Assembly (NCBI GenBank): GCA_044892505.1
Contig: CM097883.1
Coordinates: 154,380,001-154,444,000 of the forward strand
DNA: 64,000 bases
Reading direction: 5' to 3'
Origin: Schmidtea nova
Taxonomy: Eukaryota
In this document: piece by piece, positions 35,210 to 48,944 of the stretch
How positions within the stretch are numbered: the stretch's first letter is position 1
Layout: every line of letters starts with the position of its first letter
Program-made: the position numbers and the translations under genes
The notes under the pieces: model-generated
The model's input: the letters and a program-made list of their open reading frames with translations, nothing else
The model's database searches: none
What the model was told of the DNA's origin: nothing

Positions 35210-36619
35210 TAAATCACCGACTCATGCAGATAAAGTTAAGAATCTTTCGCTAGTTGTTGGAATACAAGAAATTTTCCAAGTTTTGAAATTAACCAAACCA
35301 TGTTTAAGAATATGGTGCAAGTCAGCACTTTAAATTATGAAAAATAACGGGCAAAATCTTGTATAAACGACGGGATTGATTACAAGAATTACATGCTGCA
35401 CCCAAATATTCACCAGTGTAGTGATCATGGTCTCTGACTGGTTGTACTAAAGTTTTCTTACAAAAATAACAAATAGTAGCAGAAGCAAAAGATTGTTGAT
35501 TAAACACTGTCATAAAAAGAGGTTTATTGTAATTATTTTTATAAAAAGGATAAACAATAGTTTCAGAAATATCACTAATTTCAGTAAGAAAATTAGTCAC
35601 GCAATTAAGACCTAAGAAACCCTTCTAAGTTTTTTCTCAAGTGAAATTATTTACAAGTAAAAGACCTGCAGATATTGGGACATGTCTTTGAAAATATTTA
35701 TCATCAGTAGGTAAGATTGCCTCAAAATCGGCGTAAACAACAAAAGGTTGGGTAATTGTTTTGCCCCAGTTACTAAATTTCAAATTTTGTTTCTAGGCAG
35801 AGTATAAAGAGTTGTGCCAAATTGATTTTGAACACAAAACTGTTGATGACAATCAAATGCTTCCTGTTTTCTAAATCCATTCAAGCATCAATGACACTAT
35901 ATACTTTTAATGCGAGTATTGAAAATTGAACGATCATCTAGATTCAAAAGCCTGTCAAGATAGGTGACTGCAATACAATGATATACATCACTAATTTCCA
36001 ACAAAATTAAATTGATTGAAATTCCCCCAACTCCTTTCGACCTGCGGATAATGTCAACACAGAAATGTTTAAAAACTTCAGGATTTGCCAAAGTATCAAG
36101 CAAAGTATATTCATTATAAAATAGAACATTAATAGCAAGTCCAGGGTTTTTAGCCTCAAATTTTGGAATATTACAGAGTCTCATGGGAATTTCAGAAGGG
36201 TCAAAGTCAAGATCATTAATATTATAATTAATAGCCCTATATCTATGAAAACGATCAGCTACATCATATTTCAAAATAGCCAAAATGCTATAAATGAAAC
36301 ATAAATCATCGGAATTAATTACATTTACTGTACAATGTTTTAATTGTAAAGATTGAGAGGCATTTATATGACCTCTGTCACTTAATCGACTAATTTGGGC
36401 AAATTTAGTTAGTACAAAATGGATTTCGTTGAGTTTGTTGATAACGCAATTACTCCCTTTATCGTTAATTAATGCTATTTCTTCATTTAAAAGAGCAATA
36501 CCCTCATTAAAAAAGGTATTACTCGTTGGTCTTGCAGAGTTCGAAATGATGAAGGATTGAAATTCTTCATCTTTTTCAAATTCTACATCAATACGAAATT
36601 GTATTTTCACTGATCCCAT
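35210..36619 (-). mobile_element. Degenerate Polinton/adintovirus-like DNA polymerase B gene (N-terminal region, exonuclease start, endonuclease VII insert)
   Basis: Contains VINSDDLCFIYSILA...IPKFEAKN, PFVVYADFEA near 35740 and CYFC...VRDHDHYTGEYLGAACNSCN...VIFHNL, with frameshifts. Confidence 0.75.
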
Positions 36620-36663
36620 CTCATTAATAAAATTAATTAATTAATTAAATTTTCAGGTGAAAT

Positions 36664-37089
36664 TTATGTTTTCAAAGCCAAGTCAGAAACAACAATTTTC
36701 ACAATGTCTTGCGATTTTCTTAAATCAAATTTAACATTAGGAAGAAGGGAATCACCATATTGAACATCTATGGTGTTAATGTAATTATTAGAACTTGTGC
36801 CAGACTCGGACAGAATTTTCATATCAGACCTTACCTCTTCAACTATATTACTTAATTTTCTAACTTTTGTGGGTAGTGGATTATCGCTAAAGATTTTTCT
36901 TTTATTAATAATAATGTCACTATTATTAATTGTTAAATTAAAAATAGATTTTTTCGATGATCTATATTTCTTTAAATGCTCCTTATGGTCATCACAAAAA
37001 TTCAAAAAAGTCGATTTTTGGGTTGTCTTACATACAGGACATATAGAAAATGTGACTCTTTTATACAAATATCGATAATATTTCCCCAT
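36664..37089 (-). CDS. Hypothetical 141-aa ORF upstream of the PolB relic
   Basis: ATG-started ORF with CPVC...C..H, on the same strand just upstream of the PolB-like ORF. Confidence 0.35.
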   Translation of the reverse strand: MGKYYRYLYKRVTFSICPVCKTTQKSTFLNFCDDHKEHLKKYRSSKKSIFNLTINNSDIIINKRKIFSDNPLPTKVRKLSNIVEEVRSDMKILSESGTSSNNYINTIDVQYGDSLLPNVKFDLRKSQDIVKIVVSDLALKT

Positions 37090-39171
37090 TAATTCAATGC
37101 ATTTATTATCATGAATTGATGATCGGTAAAAATTCGAGAAAAGTTTACCTTAAATATAAAAAATAATTAAAAATATGAACAATAAATGTCAAGTATTTCA
37201 ATATTAAAATTATTGTCAATTTAAAATAATTAATATAAATTAATTAATAAATACAATAATAAAAATTTAATTAAATAATAAAATATTATGAAAAATAATA
37301 TTAATTAATTTCAATTATCATATTCTTAACTAGAATTGTTTTAATAATTAGTTATACTCAAAGATGTAAAATTTAATTTATTTACAAGTAATTTAAAAAT
37401 AAAATTTTAATATAAAATTTGTCATTAGGAACATATTAACTATGATAGAAAATAAATAATTTATTAATAATTAATTTACAAAAACTTTAATTACTAGAAA
37501 ATTATTAAAATAAAACAATAAGTAATATTATGAAATATTAAAATAAAATTTATATTCAAATTAATTAATTAATTATTATAAAAGATTTATAATAATTATA
37601 ATTAAAACTAGAATTTTTTTAATAATTAGTTATAAAATAAAAATTCAAATAATGTAAATAAATTTCAAAAATTAGTGAACACTACAAAAATAATTAAAAA
37701 ATTAGATAATACAGTTAATTATAGGGAAAATTTAAGTTATCAATAATATTTATTAAATTACACTTCAAATAATTGAAAGATAATACAAATCCTATTGAAT
37801 AAAAATTAATCATTAAATTATAAAATTGATAAAGTAAAATAATTCTTAAATAATTAAACTTAATATTTATTTATGAACAAAAGTAATTATAAAATAAATT
37901 GCATTCATTAAATAAATTTATAAAATAAATTGCATTCATTAAATAAATTTATAAAATAAATTGGCACTTACAGTTACTTTCTTTTATCTTTCCATTGTTC
38001 AGTTTATTTTCTTTTGAATTATCCATTGTTTGAAATGTTTCACATTGTAACCAATAGCATTGTTCATGTTGTTTTCGACATCTTTGTTGTTGATGTAATC
38101 ATTGTTCTTGTCAATATCCATATTGTTGTTGGTGTTGTTCATTTTATCTAAAATAAGTTGATTATTTAAAAATTTTAAAACAAAAATTAACTTACCAAAT
38201 TTAGGTTAATTTTAATTTTTAATAATCTTTTATAATTTATTAGTGTAATTAAACTTTAAAATTAATCTAAATTTATTACATAGTATTTTAATAATAATAA
38301 TTCNNNNNNNNNNNNNNNNNNNNNNNNNNNNNNNNNNNNNNNNNNNNNNNNNNNNNNNNNNNNNNNNNNNNNNNNNNNNNNNNNNNNNNNNNNNNNNNNN
38401 NNNNNNNNNNNNNNNNNNNNNNNNNNNNNNNNNNNNNNNNNNNNNNNNNNNNNNNNNNNNNNNNNNNNNNNNNNNNNNNNNNNNNNNNNNNNNNNNATTA
38501 TAATGTGGTATTTACAAACGTGTGTGTGTTTCCTTGAATTTGATTGGTTAAAAATTTTTGAATTTAGTATATAAACAATAGTTTTTCATTTAAGAATCAT
38601 TTTTTACTGCAACCTAAATTTGGTAAGTTTACAATTTGGCAATAATAATAGTATAATAATAATTGTTTGTCTATATATAGTGTAACACCAATTTACTTGT
38701 TAAAGATCAGTTCCATGCACTTAATATTTTAAATGAAATTTGCCTCAGAGGGTACATCCGCAAGATATATCAGCTTGTTACATGTCTTTCAAGGATATTG
38801 TTTGTTGTAACGCACTGTGTTGTAATGCAAAACATAATTTTATTTTGTTTATAAAAAACAGTTTTTCTCATCCAAAATTAAACTTATAATATTTTTCAAA
38901 TATAAACAAAATTAAATTATTTATTTAAATTATTTATTTCATCTCTAAAAACTAAAACAACTAAGATGAGATCTTTTGCTACATAAATTCATTAAAGATT
39001 GAAGGGCATATTATAATCGGACCCTTAAGTTTTGAATAACTTACATATGTGACCACAAAACTCACAGGATGAGCCGACGTGTTTGTATATTTCTGTATAT
39101 TTTTCAAGAAGAATTGGGAACATACGGTATATAAAAAGATGTTTAATTTTATATAAAAATATCGGAATTCT

Positions 39172-39790
39172 ATTAGGTTGTCCTATAAGTTTCTTTTGTT
39201 TTAATAATAAGAAAAAAATTAATTAAAAAAATTACATAAAAATAACAAGAAAAAAATTAATTAAAAAAATTACATAAAAATAACAAGAAAAAAATTAATT
39301 TAAAAATTTACACAAAAATAACAACATAGAAATGTAATTCATTAAAATAAAATAAAAAATTCAATTTACATTTTGCCAACTGCCTGTAATAAGCTTCCTT
39401 GTCGCCACTAATACGAGAATATCGCGCATCAAAAATCAAACGGTCTCAATGAAAATTGGATCTTTTTATGCGATCACCTCGATTTATCTCGTCAACATAA
39501 TTAATAATAAAAGCAGAGGCTGGGTAATTACACCAACCCATACAATTATTTATTTGATCAAGCATTTCCATCAATTATCATTGAGAAGTACAAACTTGGT
39601 TATCTATTATTATTCTTCCATAATTTATCGGAACAATTATGTCAACTTCACAAATTTTGATGAAAAATCAAATAAGTTGCCGGAATTTAGATTAAATCTG
39701 TTTTTATTCCAATTAAAATATTTCATTTCCCAAACGATGGGAAACTATTTCATCAATTTCACAGGAGGGTATCAAGGGTCTTTTTAAGGA
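39172..39790. mobile_element. Mariner-type nonautonomous element (one TIR seen), with an internal 39-bp x3 tandem at ~39200-39325
   Basis: TA|TTAGGTTGTCCTATAAGTTTC resembles a mariner TIR. The right TIR was not found. Confidence 0.4.
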
Positions 39791-40611
39791 ATAATAAAAA
39801 ATTATTTTTCTTTTGAACTCATTTCTGAAAGTTTTTTTTAACAAAATTATTAAAATGTTTTAAACTTTTCTACCCCAAAAATGAATAATAAAGCATTTGC
39901 AGGTATCATAAAAACCACCTAGAAGACCGTGGTTTGCTCAGTAAGTAGTTTCAGCTGGTGTCAAATTTTGAGATCTTGCACAATGAGATAATAATAACTT
40001 CAATAAAATTATTTCAATTTTTATCCTTTTTGGTCCTTCCACCTTTTTAGCATTTCAGCGCCTACCTTTGAATTCCATTCTTAAGTTCTTCGTTTCTTAC
40101 TAAAGGGAAAAATGGAAATTATACTATGTTCATTTCCATCATAAGTAATGATATCCACTATTTAAGTAACGACTTTAGAACCAAATTGACCGTCCCGAGA
40201 CAATCTTCTCTTTTGTGACTTCCTTTCAGATCGTTTGAAAAATAAAATAATGAATTGTTTTCAAATTTTTTTGTTAACCAGTTTTTAACTCATTCCCATC
40301 AACGTACTGTCATGATACTGGTTTTTCAATTTTTCGTTTATTTTATCCGTTGTCTTCTGACCCGAGCTTAATTTAATTGAATAACTACAACATTTGATTT
40401 AATATTAGACCACCATAATTTTAAGATAGTCCCTAATTTTTGTTGAAAAAAATCGGTAAGTAAACAATTTTTTAAGACCCCTATTGTAAGATAATTTATT
40501 CAAAGATTTATGGTTCGATTATAAGACGATCTTCAATTTTTAATATATTTGTAATTTTAGTTCTGTGAGTAGGAGGTTTACGTGTGTACGATTTATGTGT
40601 GTTCAGAGAAA

Positions 40612-41348
40612 TGTTGTAGGGCTCGAGAGAGTCACCTATTAATTGTTGGGACACTCGGGGTGTTTGCTGTGTAATAGATTGCGTTGAGTAAAAGGTACAA
40701 ATACGGAATATAAAATATAAAAAAACTATGAAATCACTCAATTAACTAAACAAGTTTTATTAGGAAAATAACCCGAAAAACCAAGTAAATGTTACTTTGC
40801 TTTTGTCTCGATATAGGTTCTTCGGCCTTGGATCTTCCGGTTATCTTGTGATGTTAAAGACAGGTTGATTAGATTATGCTTAGATTACTCTTAGATTGTT
40901 CTTAGATTATTCTGAGATTATTCTTAGATTATTCAGATTATTCTTCTATTGAGATTATTCGGGTTATTCTTCTATTGTTCAGATTATTCTTCAGATTATT
41001 CTTCTATTCAGATTAGGCAGGTTACTCTTCTATTATTCAGATTATTCTTCAGATTATTCTTCTATTCAGATTATTCAGATTATTCTTCTATTCAGATTAT
41101 TCAGATTATTCAGATTATTCTTCTATTCTTCAGATTCTACAGATTATTATTTTAATTTTTCCAATCGATTTTTTTCAATTTGTCAATTTGGCTTACTATA
41201 GCTTTTGCTATAGCAAGCCAAATTTGAAATTCAAACTTTTAAATAATAATAATAACACCCACAAAAACAAATATCACCACTCACAAGAAAAAGGGGGGCC
41301 CCGGTGACCGCAAAGGCACTGTCCATAACAATGACGGCGCTTACAACA
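40612..41348. repeat. LTR-like repeat (family B) containing a CAGATTATTCTTCT-type minisatellite (~40860-41150)
   Basis: Terminal inverted repeat TGTTGTA...TACAACA and homology to 6584-7210. No TSD found. Confidence 0.5.
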
Positions 41349-44300
41349 TAATACCCGAATGTCTCTAAACATAAAATAAATTAGACCATAAAATATGACA
41401 TCCGCAATATTATTTTTACGTATATTCGGGTCAGTGATTTTATCTTTTTTTATTTTTGGTTCGAAGCATCTTTTGAGAAAACAATTATTATCATGTTACT
41501 CTCGGTCATCTACTCTATCCCTGACACATTTTTCAAAATGTACGTTATTTTACATTATTTCAGAACACTGATTCCGTCCCATAGTCAGGTTTCCAGATTC
41601 CATCTCAAAATATTTGACTTATTATCATAATTATATTTTGTTTCACCTTTGATTTTTTTTAGTATTAATATCAATATTTCTCTGAACGGTAAGACTATTG
41701 ATAAAATTTTTTTTTAAACAAGTACTTGTTTAAAAAAAATTGTGATCTTAAGTCTTACTATTATGAGAAATATTGATAGTAATATTTGACTTATAATGAA
41801 TTTTTTATAACCTAATAAATAATATCCGTATATAAATTATATTTCAGTGAAGAATACGTAAGAATATTACACAACACGGCATTTGAATGAAAAATTGTAA
41901 ATTGAATTGAGACTATTTGTAATTATCATTTTCTAAAAATTAATGTAACATTTATTACTGACAAAAAAAATCTTTAAAAAAAATTAGTATTTAAATAATT
42001 TAATAAAATTTATAACGAAAGATTTCCTGTCGCATTCTTCTTATAACATATCTTGGTTACACCCCTATGATAATGTATAGGTTATATATTGAATAAAATT
42101 TGACTACTGTCTATGACAAAAAATATGTTGAAAAAAACATTTTTAAACTTGCCTTGCAGGACACAAATGGGAAGTTTGATTTTGTTTTAATGATGGGAAA
42201 TATAATAAAAAGAAATCAAATGGAATTTTATTTCACCTTCATTTTATAATCTAATGATCTGATATTTGTCATTTGTATAAATCCTTTTCGATATTTCAGC
42301 TACATTCGAATACATGCAGACGTCTATTAGATTGACATGTTGATGTTTGTTATATAATGTTTACGTAAATGCAGAATTATTAATGTCTATTCATGACTAC
42401 TGTTTATTATGACGCAGCAGGCCGTGTCATTCATATTCTTTTTATGTTTGCATGCAGTTTATTTATCTCTCTGTTTATTAAATCAGTTTTTACAGTCTTT
42501 ATTCATGATCTCACCAAATCGTGATTGTATACCTATATATATTATTTTAATCATTTTACACCAATCACATGATCAAATCTCGTTCGACATTCAATAAAGA
42601 GAATCCTTTAATGCCGCCTTGATATACTATGAATTTGGACCCGAATTAACTAATTTAAGTTTACTGAATAAAAATGGGAGAACTTTTAGTGTCATTTATT
42701 TCATTGAAAATATTTTGAGAAAAGAAATTTCAAATGTACATGTATTTTTTGAGTAAATTTAAAAAATGTAAAAAATATAAATATTATATATATATATTTA
42801 TATTTATATAATAAAATATTCAGCTATAGTGGAAAATTATAATTTTAATTATTCATTTTGATTCCTTGAAAATCATAATTGACCATTGATGTCAGACTTT
42901 AAGTGAAGCTTTTCTCATCATTTAGCATTTGTGGGTAAAGCACGATCCACGGATTTAATTTAATATTTTGACTTATTTTATAATGCTTTTTATAACAGTT
43001 AGCTGGTAACATAAAAAAATCCGCAGACTATCCCATTTAGAAGCAAGATATGAGCTTCAGATTTTTTATGTTGTTGCTGAATTGGTTGTTAAGAATTATT
43101 GTTACTAGGGATTACCATAACCCACACACCATCATTAAATGTTACACCTCCTATCATACCTTGGGATAATCTGACCAAGTTTGAAAAAGTGTTATACCAA
43201 AATAATCTATTGCGTCTCAGAGAAGGTAAAAACGTATATATATATATATATAATATATATATATATAAGATCAAATAAATAAGATCAATTTTTTTATTTT
43301 ATTGAGTTTGTGGAAAGCCTGACAGCTAAGCGGTTGAAATATATTGCATTAATATATTTTAAAAAATGCTGTTCTTTTATTTATTTGAATAAATNNNNNN
43401 NNNNNNNNNNNNNNNNNNNNNNNNNNNNNNNNNNNNNNNNNNNNNNNNNNNNNNNNNNNNNNNNNNNNNNNNNNNNNNNNNNNNNNNNNNNNNNNNNNNN
43501 NNNNNNNNNNNNNNNNNNNNNNNNNNNNNNNNNNNNNNNNNNNNNNNNNNNNNNNNNNNNNNNNNNNNNNNNNNNNNNNNNNNNNNNNNNNNNNNNNNAT
43601 TTATTCAAATAAATAAAAGAACAGCATTTTTTAAAATATATTAATGCAATATATTTCAACCGCTTAGCTGTCAGGCTTTCCACAAACTCAATAAAATAAA
43701 AAAATTGATCTTATTTATACGCTTAATAGTGATTACATAATTACATGTGCACTATCCAATAAAACTTTTATTTACCCTAGTAAAATTAATTCAAAACTCT
43801 CAAAATGCATGTAGATATTGCATTTTGTATGTTTATTTTAGGATTTATATATATCTCGTTTGTAAAGGTTGGCATTTTGTTTCATGAATGAATGTAGCTT
43901 TAGTTTATCTTTTAATATATTTAATATGTTGATTGTTCGAATTCCAATGCGTTTGTTGAGTCACATCTTAAGTCAAAATCTTTTAAACATTTTTTTCTCC
44001 TGAAAATATATAAACATTTTTCAATAAAGACAATTATGGCAAAAGTAATTTATTGTTAGGAATTTATAAAGCTGCGATTTTAAAGGTGCTGAATTGATGG
44101 ATGATTGACGAATGTTGACGGTGGCCGGGTAAATGGTAGCGGGCTTAATGGTGTGCGGATAAAATAATATGGAATCCTTAATACTTTTACAATCAGAATA
44201 TTTAAGACGAAGACCAATTTATTTGATAACTTTAATGTTCGTTTTTGTCAGAAAACTTTAATAATACAAAATTTATCTTCCATGAACTGAAAACAAATAA

Positions 44301-44608
44301 AGCTTATAAATGATATTCAATCGTCCGTAACTCAAACTCGTGGATAAATCAAGAAATATTCTTGGATTTATCCGTACGACCTGGACAAGTAAATCTATGT
44401 TAAGAAGGAAGTTTCTGATTTTTATTATTTTTTTATTTAAAGAAATATTTTCTTTTAATTTAATATTATTTTAAAAGTATTTTGAACTTTTAGAACATTC
44501 CTTCAAATGCATCTGGTAAAATTATACTACTAAAATGAAATACTTTCATAATTAAAAACACGAATTATATAATAATGAGCTAGGAATATAATTTCCAGGA
44601 GAACGCAA

Positions 44609-44776
44609 TTAAATTGCAGTTCTAAAAATGATAAAAACAAATCTATCTATCTGAATTATCAATGAGGATCCTTCCAAATGGGAGAAATATGCCCAATGTT
44701 GACCCTTGACCAAAAAGCACTGCCAACCAGCTCCATAATAAAGATTTAGATTTTCATGGATATCTTTCAAGATTCC
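44609..44776 (-). CDS. Exon 5 (last) of the TAL gene: C-terminal dynein-light-chain-like domain
   Basis: Acceptor TTTTAG|. Reads GILKDIHENLNLYYGAGWQCFLVKGQHWAYFSHLEGSSLIIQIDRFVFIIFRTAI*, aligning ungapped to the LC8 pattern I...I...(F/L)D..Y...W(H/Q)C. Confidence 0.9.
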   Translation of the reverse strand, partial: GILKDIHENLNLYYGAGWQCFLVKGQHWAYFSHLEGSSLIIQIDRFVFIIFRTAI

Positions 44777-45639
44777 CTAAAATGTATCACAATTAAAAAA
44801 TACATTTACAGATTCAATACAAAAAATATTTATTCAATTTTAGATAATTTTATAACTAGTGCATTCTAGATCAGAAATACTCAACCTCTAACGCGAGGAG
44901 TGAAGATAGACTTTTGAAGGTTTAACTTCTATACACAGAATTTTTGAATTTCAACATTTAATAAATTCAAAAAGATAAGCATTCATAAATGCGCGCAATA
45001 TATTTATAAATTTGTTTCAATTTTTCTTGCAAAATCATTTAAAGTAGAAGTGTCTGAAAAATCTCTCAAATGACACCTTTTACTCTTGTTTTTATCTAGT
45101 GCCACTTGTAAGGATATACGAAATTAAAGATATTAAATAAATAATTAAAATAATTAAAATGATTAATTAAATTAATTAACACTTATAAATTACAAATTAA
45201 TAATTTTTCGCGTGGGTGTATGTTGTTTGCTGATGTTGTGTGTTGAATTCCTGAAATTTCCTGGCAGATTTTATAAAATAATATTATCGAGAGGAAAATC
45301 TTTTAAATAAATTAATTTTAACTGTTTTTATGGACGTTATATACAGAAAAGACAATGTTTCTAGTGCCATCTTGAATAGGTCTTGGGAACTAAATGTGTT
45401 TTCGATTTCGTTACTACACATGTTTTTTTAGAAGTGAGGTAGGTATTTCTTGATTATTATATAAAAAGCAGAACCAAAATATATTTACAGCTCATACTTC
45501 AACATCTGATAAGACAGTTTAATTGTCATAAAAAATGAAGCCTTTTTTTGATGGGAAATAAGTGTTACTCTGCCATATAAAAAGATAATTTAAAAAAAAC
45601 AGTCAATTGTAATTTAAGTCGACATTTGCAAGAAAAACT

Positions 45640-46260
45640 GACAAGATGTCAGAAAACATCGAAAACTTTTTAAAAGTAGAATTTCTAAATTTTTTAGATT
45701 TCTCAGGTTTTGGATTAAAAATTTTTGAAAGAAAAATAAATTTTGCATCATGTTTAAAATCACGAGGAAAAATGAAATGTTACTGGTGATGAAAGGTTGG
45801 TTCTCTATTTAAATATTAAACATAAAAAACAAGGGGTTTTTCCCGATTCCGGCACCTAAAACTAATCCAATATGAGTTCAATTCAATCTGACCAGAGTAT
45901 TATAGCAGAAATTTATTGTGAACTTTTAGATCGTTTTAATTTGCTTTTGACATCTTTCTGACCAGCAACAGTCAATCGGAAATGGTTAATCTTGCAACAA
46001 GACAATACAAAGTGAAACTCATGCAACTGGGCTGGAAAGTCTTACCACATCATCTGTATTCACCTGACATAGCTCCTTCAGATTATCATCAATTCCGCTT
46101 TCTGGAACGCAATTTGAAAACAGGACATTCAATGAATTTTGAGGATGTCGATTCTGACTTAACATCTTTTTTGAGTGTTGAAAGATGGAAATATTTTGAG
46201 AAATAAAATTGAAAAGCTTCAAGGACGTTGAGAAAACATTATAAATAATGATAGAAATCA
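45640..46260 (+). mobile_element. Degenerate mariner (Mos1-like) transposase
   Basis: VTGDERLVLY near 45780 and WKVLPHHLYSPDIAPSDYHQF. Confidence 0.8.
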
Positions 46261-46551
46261 CATAATTGAATAACATGTATTTTTTCTAACAAAATTAATA
46301 TTTAAAACTTTGTTAAAAAATAATAATTGATTACTTTTCGATAACTCTTAGAATACAAAGATCCAGGGACGATCATTAATAAGAAACGTAACCGGAATTA
46401 TTGTGTAGAATTACAAAATAAAAAATATGAATTCGTAAAGTATATTGGATGAAGGAATTTTTGTAACAGAAGGTGCGAGTTATAACGTAAATTATATGCA
46501 ATTAATGCTTAGTACAGAGGTACGTAAACTATATGCCATGACACATTAGTG

Positions 46552-46906
46552 CAGTGTTTCTCAAACGGTGTGCCGCGAGGTTGGGCCAGGTGTGCCGCGA
46601 GACTTATTTTCCCAAAAAAGTTAGTAATAAAAAAATTTACAAAAACTATATCAAGCTTTTTACATTTGATATCAAAATTTAGCTAATAAAAAAATCAACC
46701 AAAAAACATTTTTTTAATATTTATTATTTTGAATTGTCTATATTACCTTATAAATATCTCTCGTAATAATATTTAATTAGTAAAAAGTAGCTTTTTTATA
46801 TATCATTGGAAAATCAAAAAATTTGTAAAAATCTTTCATTTTTGGGCAGGTGAGCTTTTTAAAATTTTTTAGTGTGCCGCGAGCGAGAAAAGTCTGAGAA
46901 ACACTG
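46552..46906. mobile_element. hAT (Buster/Charlie-like) MITE
   Basis: TIRs CAGTGTTTCTCA / TGAGAAACACTG with subterminal GTGTGCCGCGAG repeats. The TSD is degraded. Confidence 0.8.
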
Positions 46907-47553
46907 CGTTGTGTGCCATAGAAGAATTCAAAATGTGCCACTATTCATTAGTTTTCTTTCTATTTTGAGTCGGGTAGTAAAAGGTTTACGTACCAATGAC
47001 TTAGTATATTAAATTATAGTATTCGGCTCGACACACCATATTTTGCTGCCTGCGCTTGGTATAACAAATATAAATCATTCCGATGTTGATGTTGTGTTTC
47101 ACCTTTTTCCTAATCTAAATGCAATTAAAATTAATTCAATAGCTATTTACGCAACTAAGGAGAAAATTTGTTAGACGAACATCATTATTTACGAAAGATT
47201 TTTGATATGCCATGTACAATGTATTCTTCATTTTTATAATAAAATCTTTTATATGTATGTCAATAATTTCCAATAATTTTCAAATAATTTTTCAATAATT
47301 TTCCAATAATTTCCAAATTTTTTTTTAAGTACACAATATTTTGGCACATCCTTTATCAAATGTGTATTTTAAATGTAGTTGACCTTTTTATGCGGCCCGC
47401 TCACCTTCAAAATATTTTCCATGTTGCCGAGATACAGCAAAAGGTTAAACACCCTGGTTTAGTCCAAATATTAATGTGACCTAATATTCAAATGATTACG
47501 TAACTATATGAATGTTATATGAGTATTTGCACTGCTCATGATATTATTATTAT

Positions 47554-47970
47554 TATTGGGTTTTATTTATAATTGTTGTGATAGGGTTTGGTTTTCCTGA
47601 CTCCGCGTGAACATTTGATTATACAACACAACTTCTCGATATTTTTCAAGTAACTCTGATTTCTGGTTCTGGTCTAATCGTTAGTCCTGGTTTTATATAA
47701 TTAAATAAATAATTAAATAATTTTTTAAATAATTAATTAATTGGTTAATTAATTTTTAATTTTTGTCATGTCCTTTTCTCGGGACTCCTCATCTATTTTT
47801 ATTATTAAATTTGAAACTTTTTATTTACAACCCGCACATACCTTCCCCCCGCAAAATATTGATTTTTGATTTTATTAAATTTTTTATTAATTTTACTCGT
47901 AATTTCAAAATTTTAGTTTTACCTACTTTAAACTTAAATTGTGCACTTTAAAATTTTAGTTACACACATT
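47554..47970 (-). repeat. Deleted or degenerate family-A-like LTR
   Basis: TATTGGG start plus CCTGACTCCGCGTG and GGGACTCCTCA blocks shared with family A. Confidence 0.4.
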
Positions 47971-48944
47971 TTGGAGCACCAACGTTATTATCTTATATAC
48001 TTTTCGACCAGTGGAATCATTATTTTTATTTTTGTGAAATAAAGTTTTGACGCAAACTCGTTTTTCTAAAAATCGTGAACAATAGGGTGAATAGTAAAAG
48101 AAAAATTTTTAAATTATTTTTTATTTGGCTCCAACTGGGGTTTTTTGATTTTTTTTAAAGTATAGCTATTTTTAACTTAAGAAATTATGGGCACCCGAAA
48201 ATTACTGGAGTTAAGAGGTTACCAGTCTGCTTAGGTCAAAGGCTGCCTTTGGTTAGCTCATATCTAATACAACACAAATTGAACCTTCAATATGTTTTTC
48301 ATAATTCCATAACATTTAAAATTTAAAATAAAAAATTAAAGATTTCAATTTTAGAATTTATTTTAGAATTTTAGAATTTATATATTCTACTACTTACTAA
48401 TGTGAACCGTTTATTTAGCAATTAATTGTCGTTGTTTCTATATTATTTTGTCTCTGTAATTTTTTAATTAAATGATTCTTGTCGTTGGATCTGTAATGAA
48501 ATTCATCTTTAAATGACTTCGTAAATGTTGTAACCCGAAGTCTATATAAATGCTATATAGGGGGTGGTGTTCAAATAAGCGGTCTTGTAAAAAGTACCGA
48601 GGGTCACAATATTTTCAAGATATTTAAAGAAAAGCAATTAAATTTAAAAGTCATGACTTCTTTTTACTTTGAAAGATAAAATGAAATTGAAAATTTAATA
48701 AGTCAAATCTTGAATATATAATATAATGTACTACAATATAATGCAATAAATATCAGTACTTGTTGCAAAAATTAAAACATATCAATTATGTCGAAATTCC
48801 GAAAACAATTTACGCTTCCTTATCTCCAAAATTATCACTTAAAGAAAACTTTGCTATTTCAACGCAATTAAATATTCCAAATAATTTTTATAAAATTATT
48901 TCCATAAACAGTTTCTGAATTACTTTAAAAACTGTCATTTGTAT

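Noticed and set aside
43274-43717. Perfect ~120-bp inverted repeat flanking an N gap, giving two identical MESLTAKRL ORFs
   Set aside because: Identical arms ending exactly at both gap edges point to a scaffolding or fold-back artefact.
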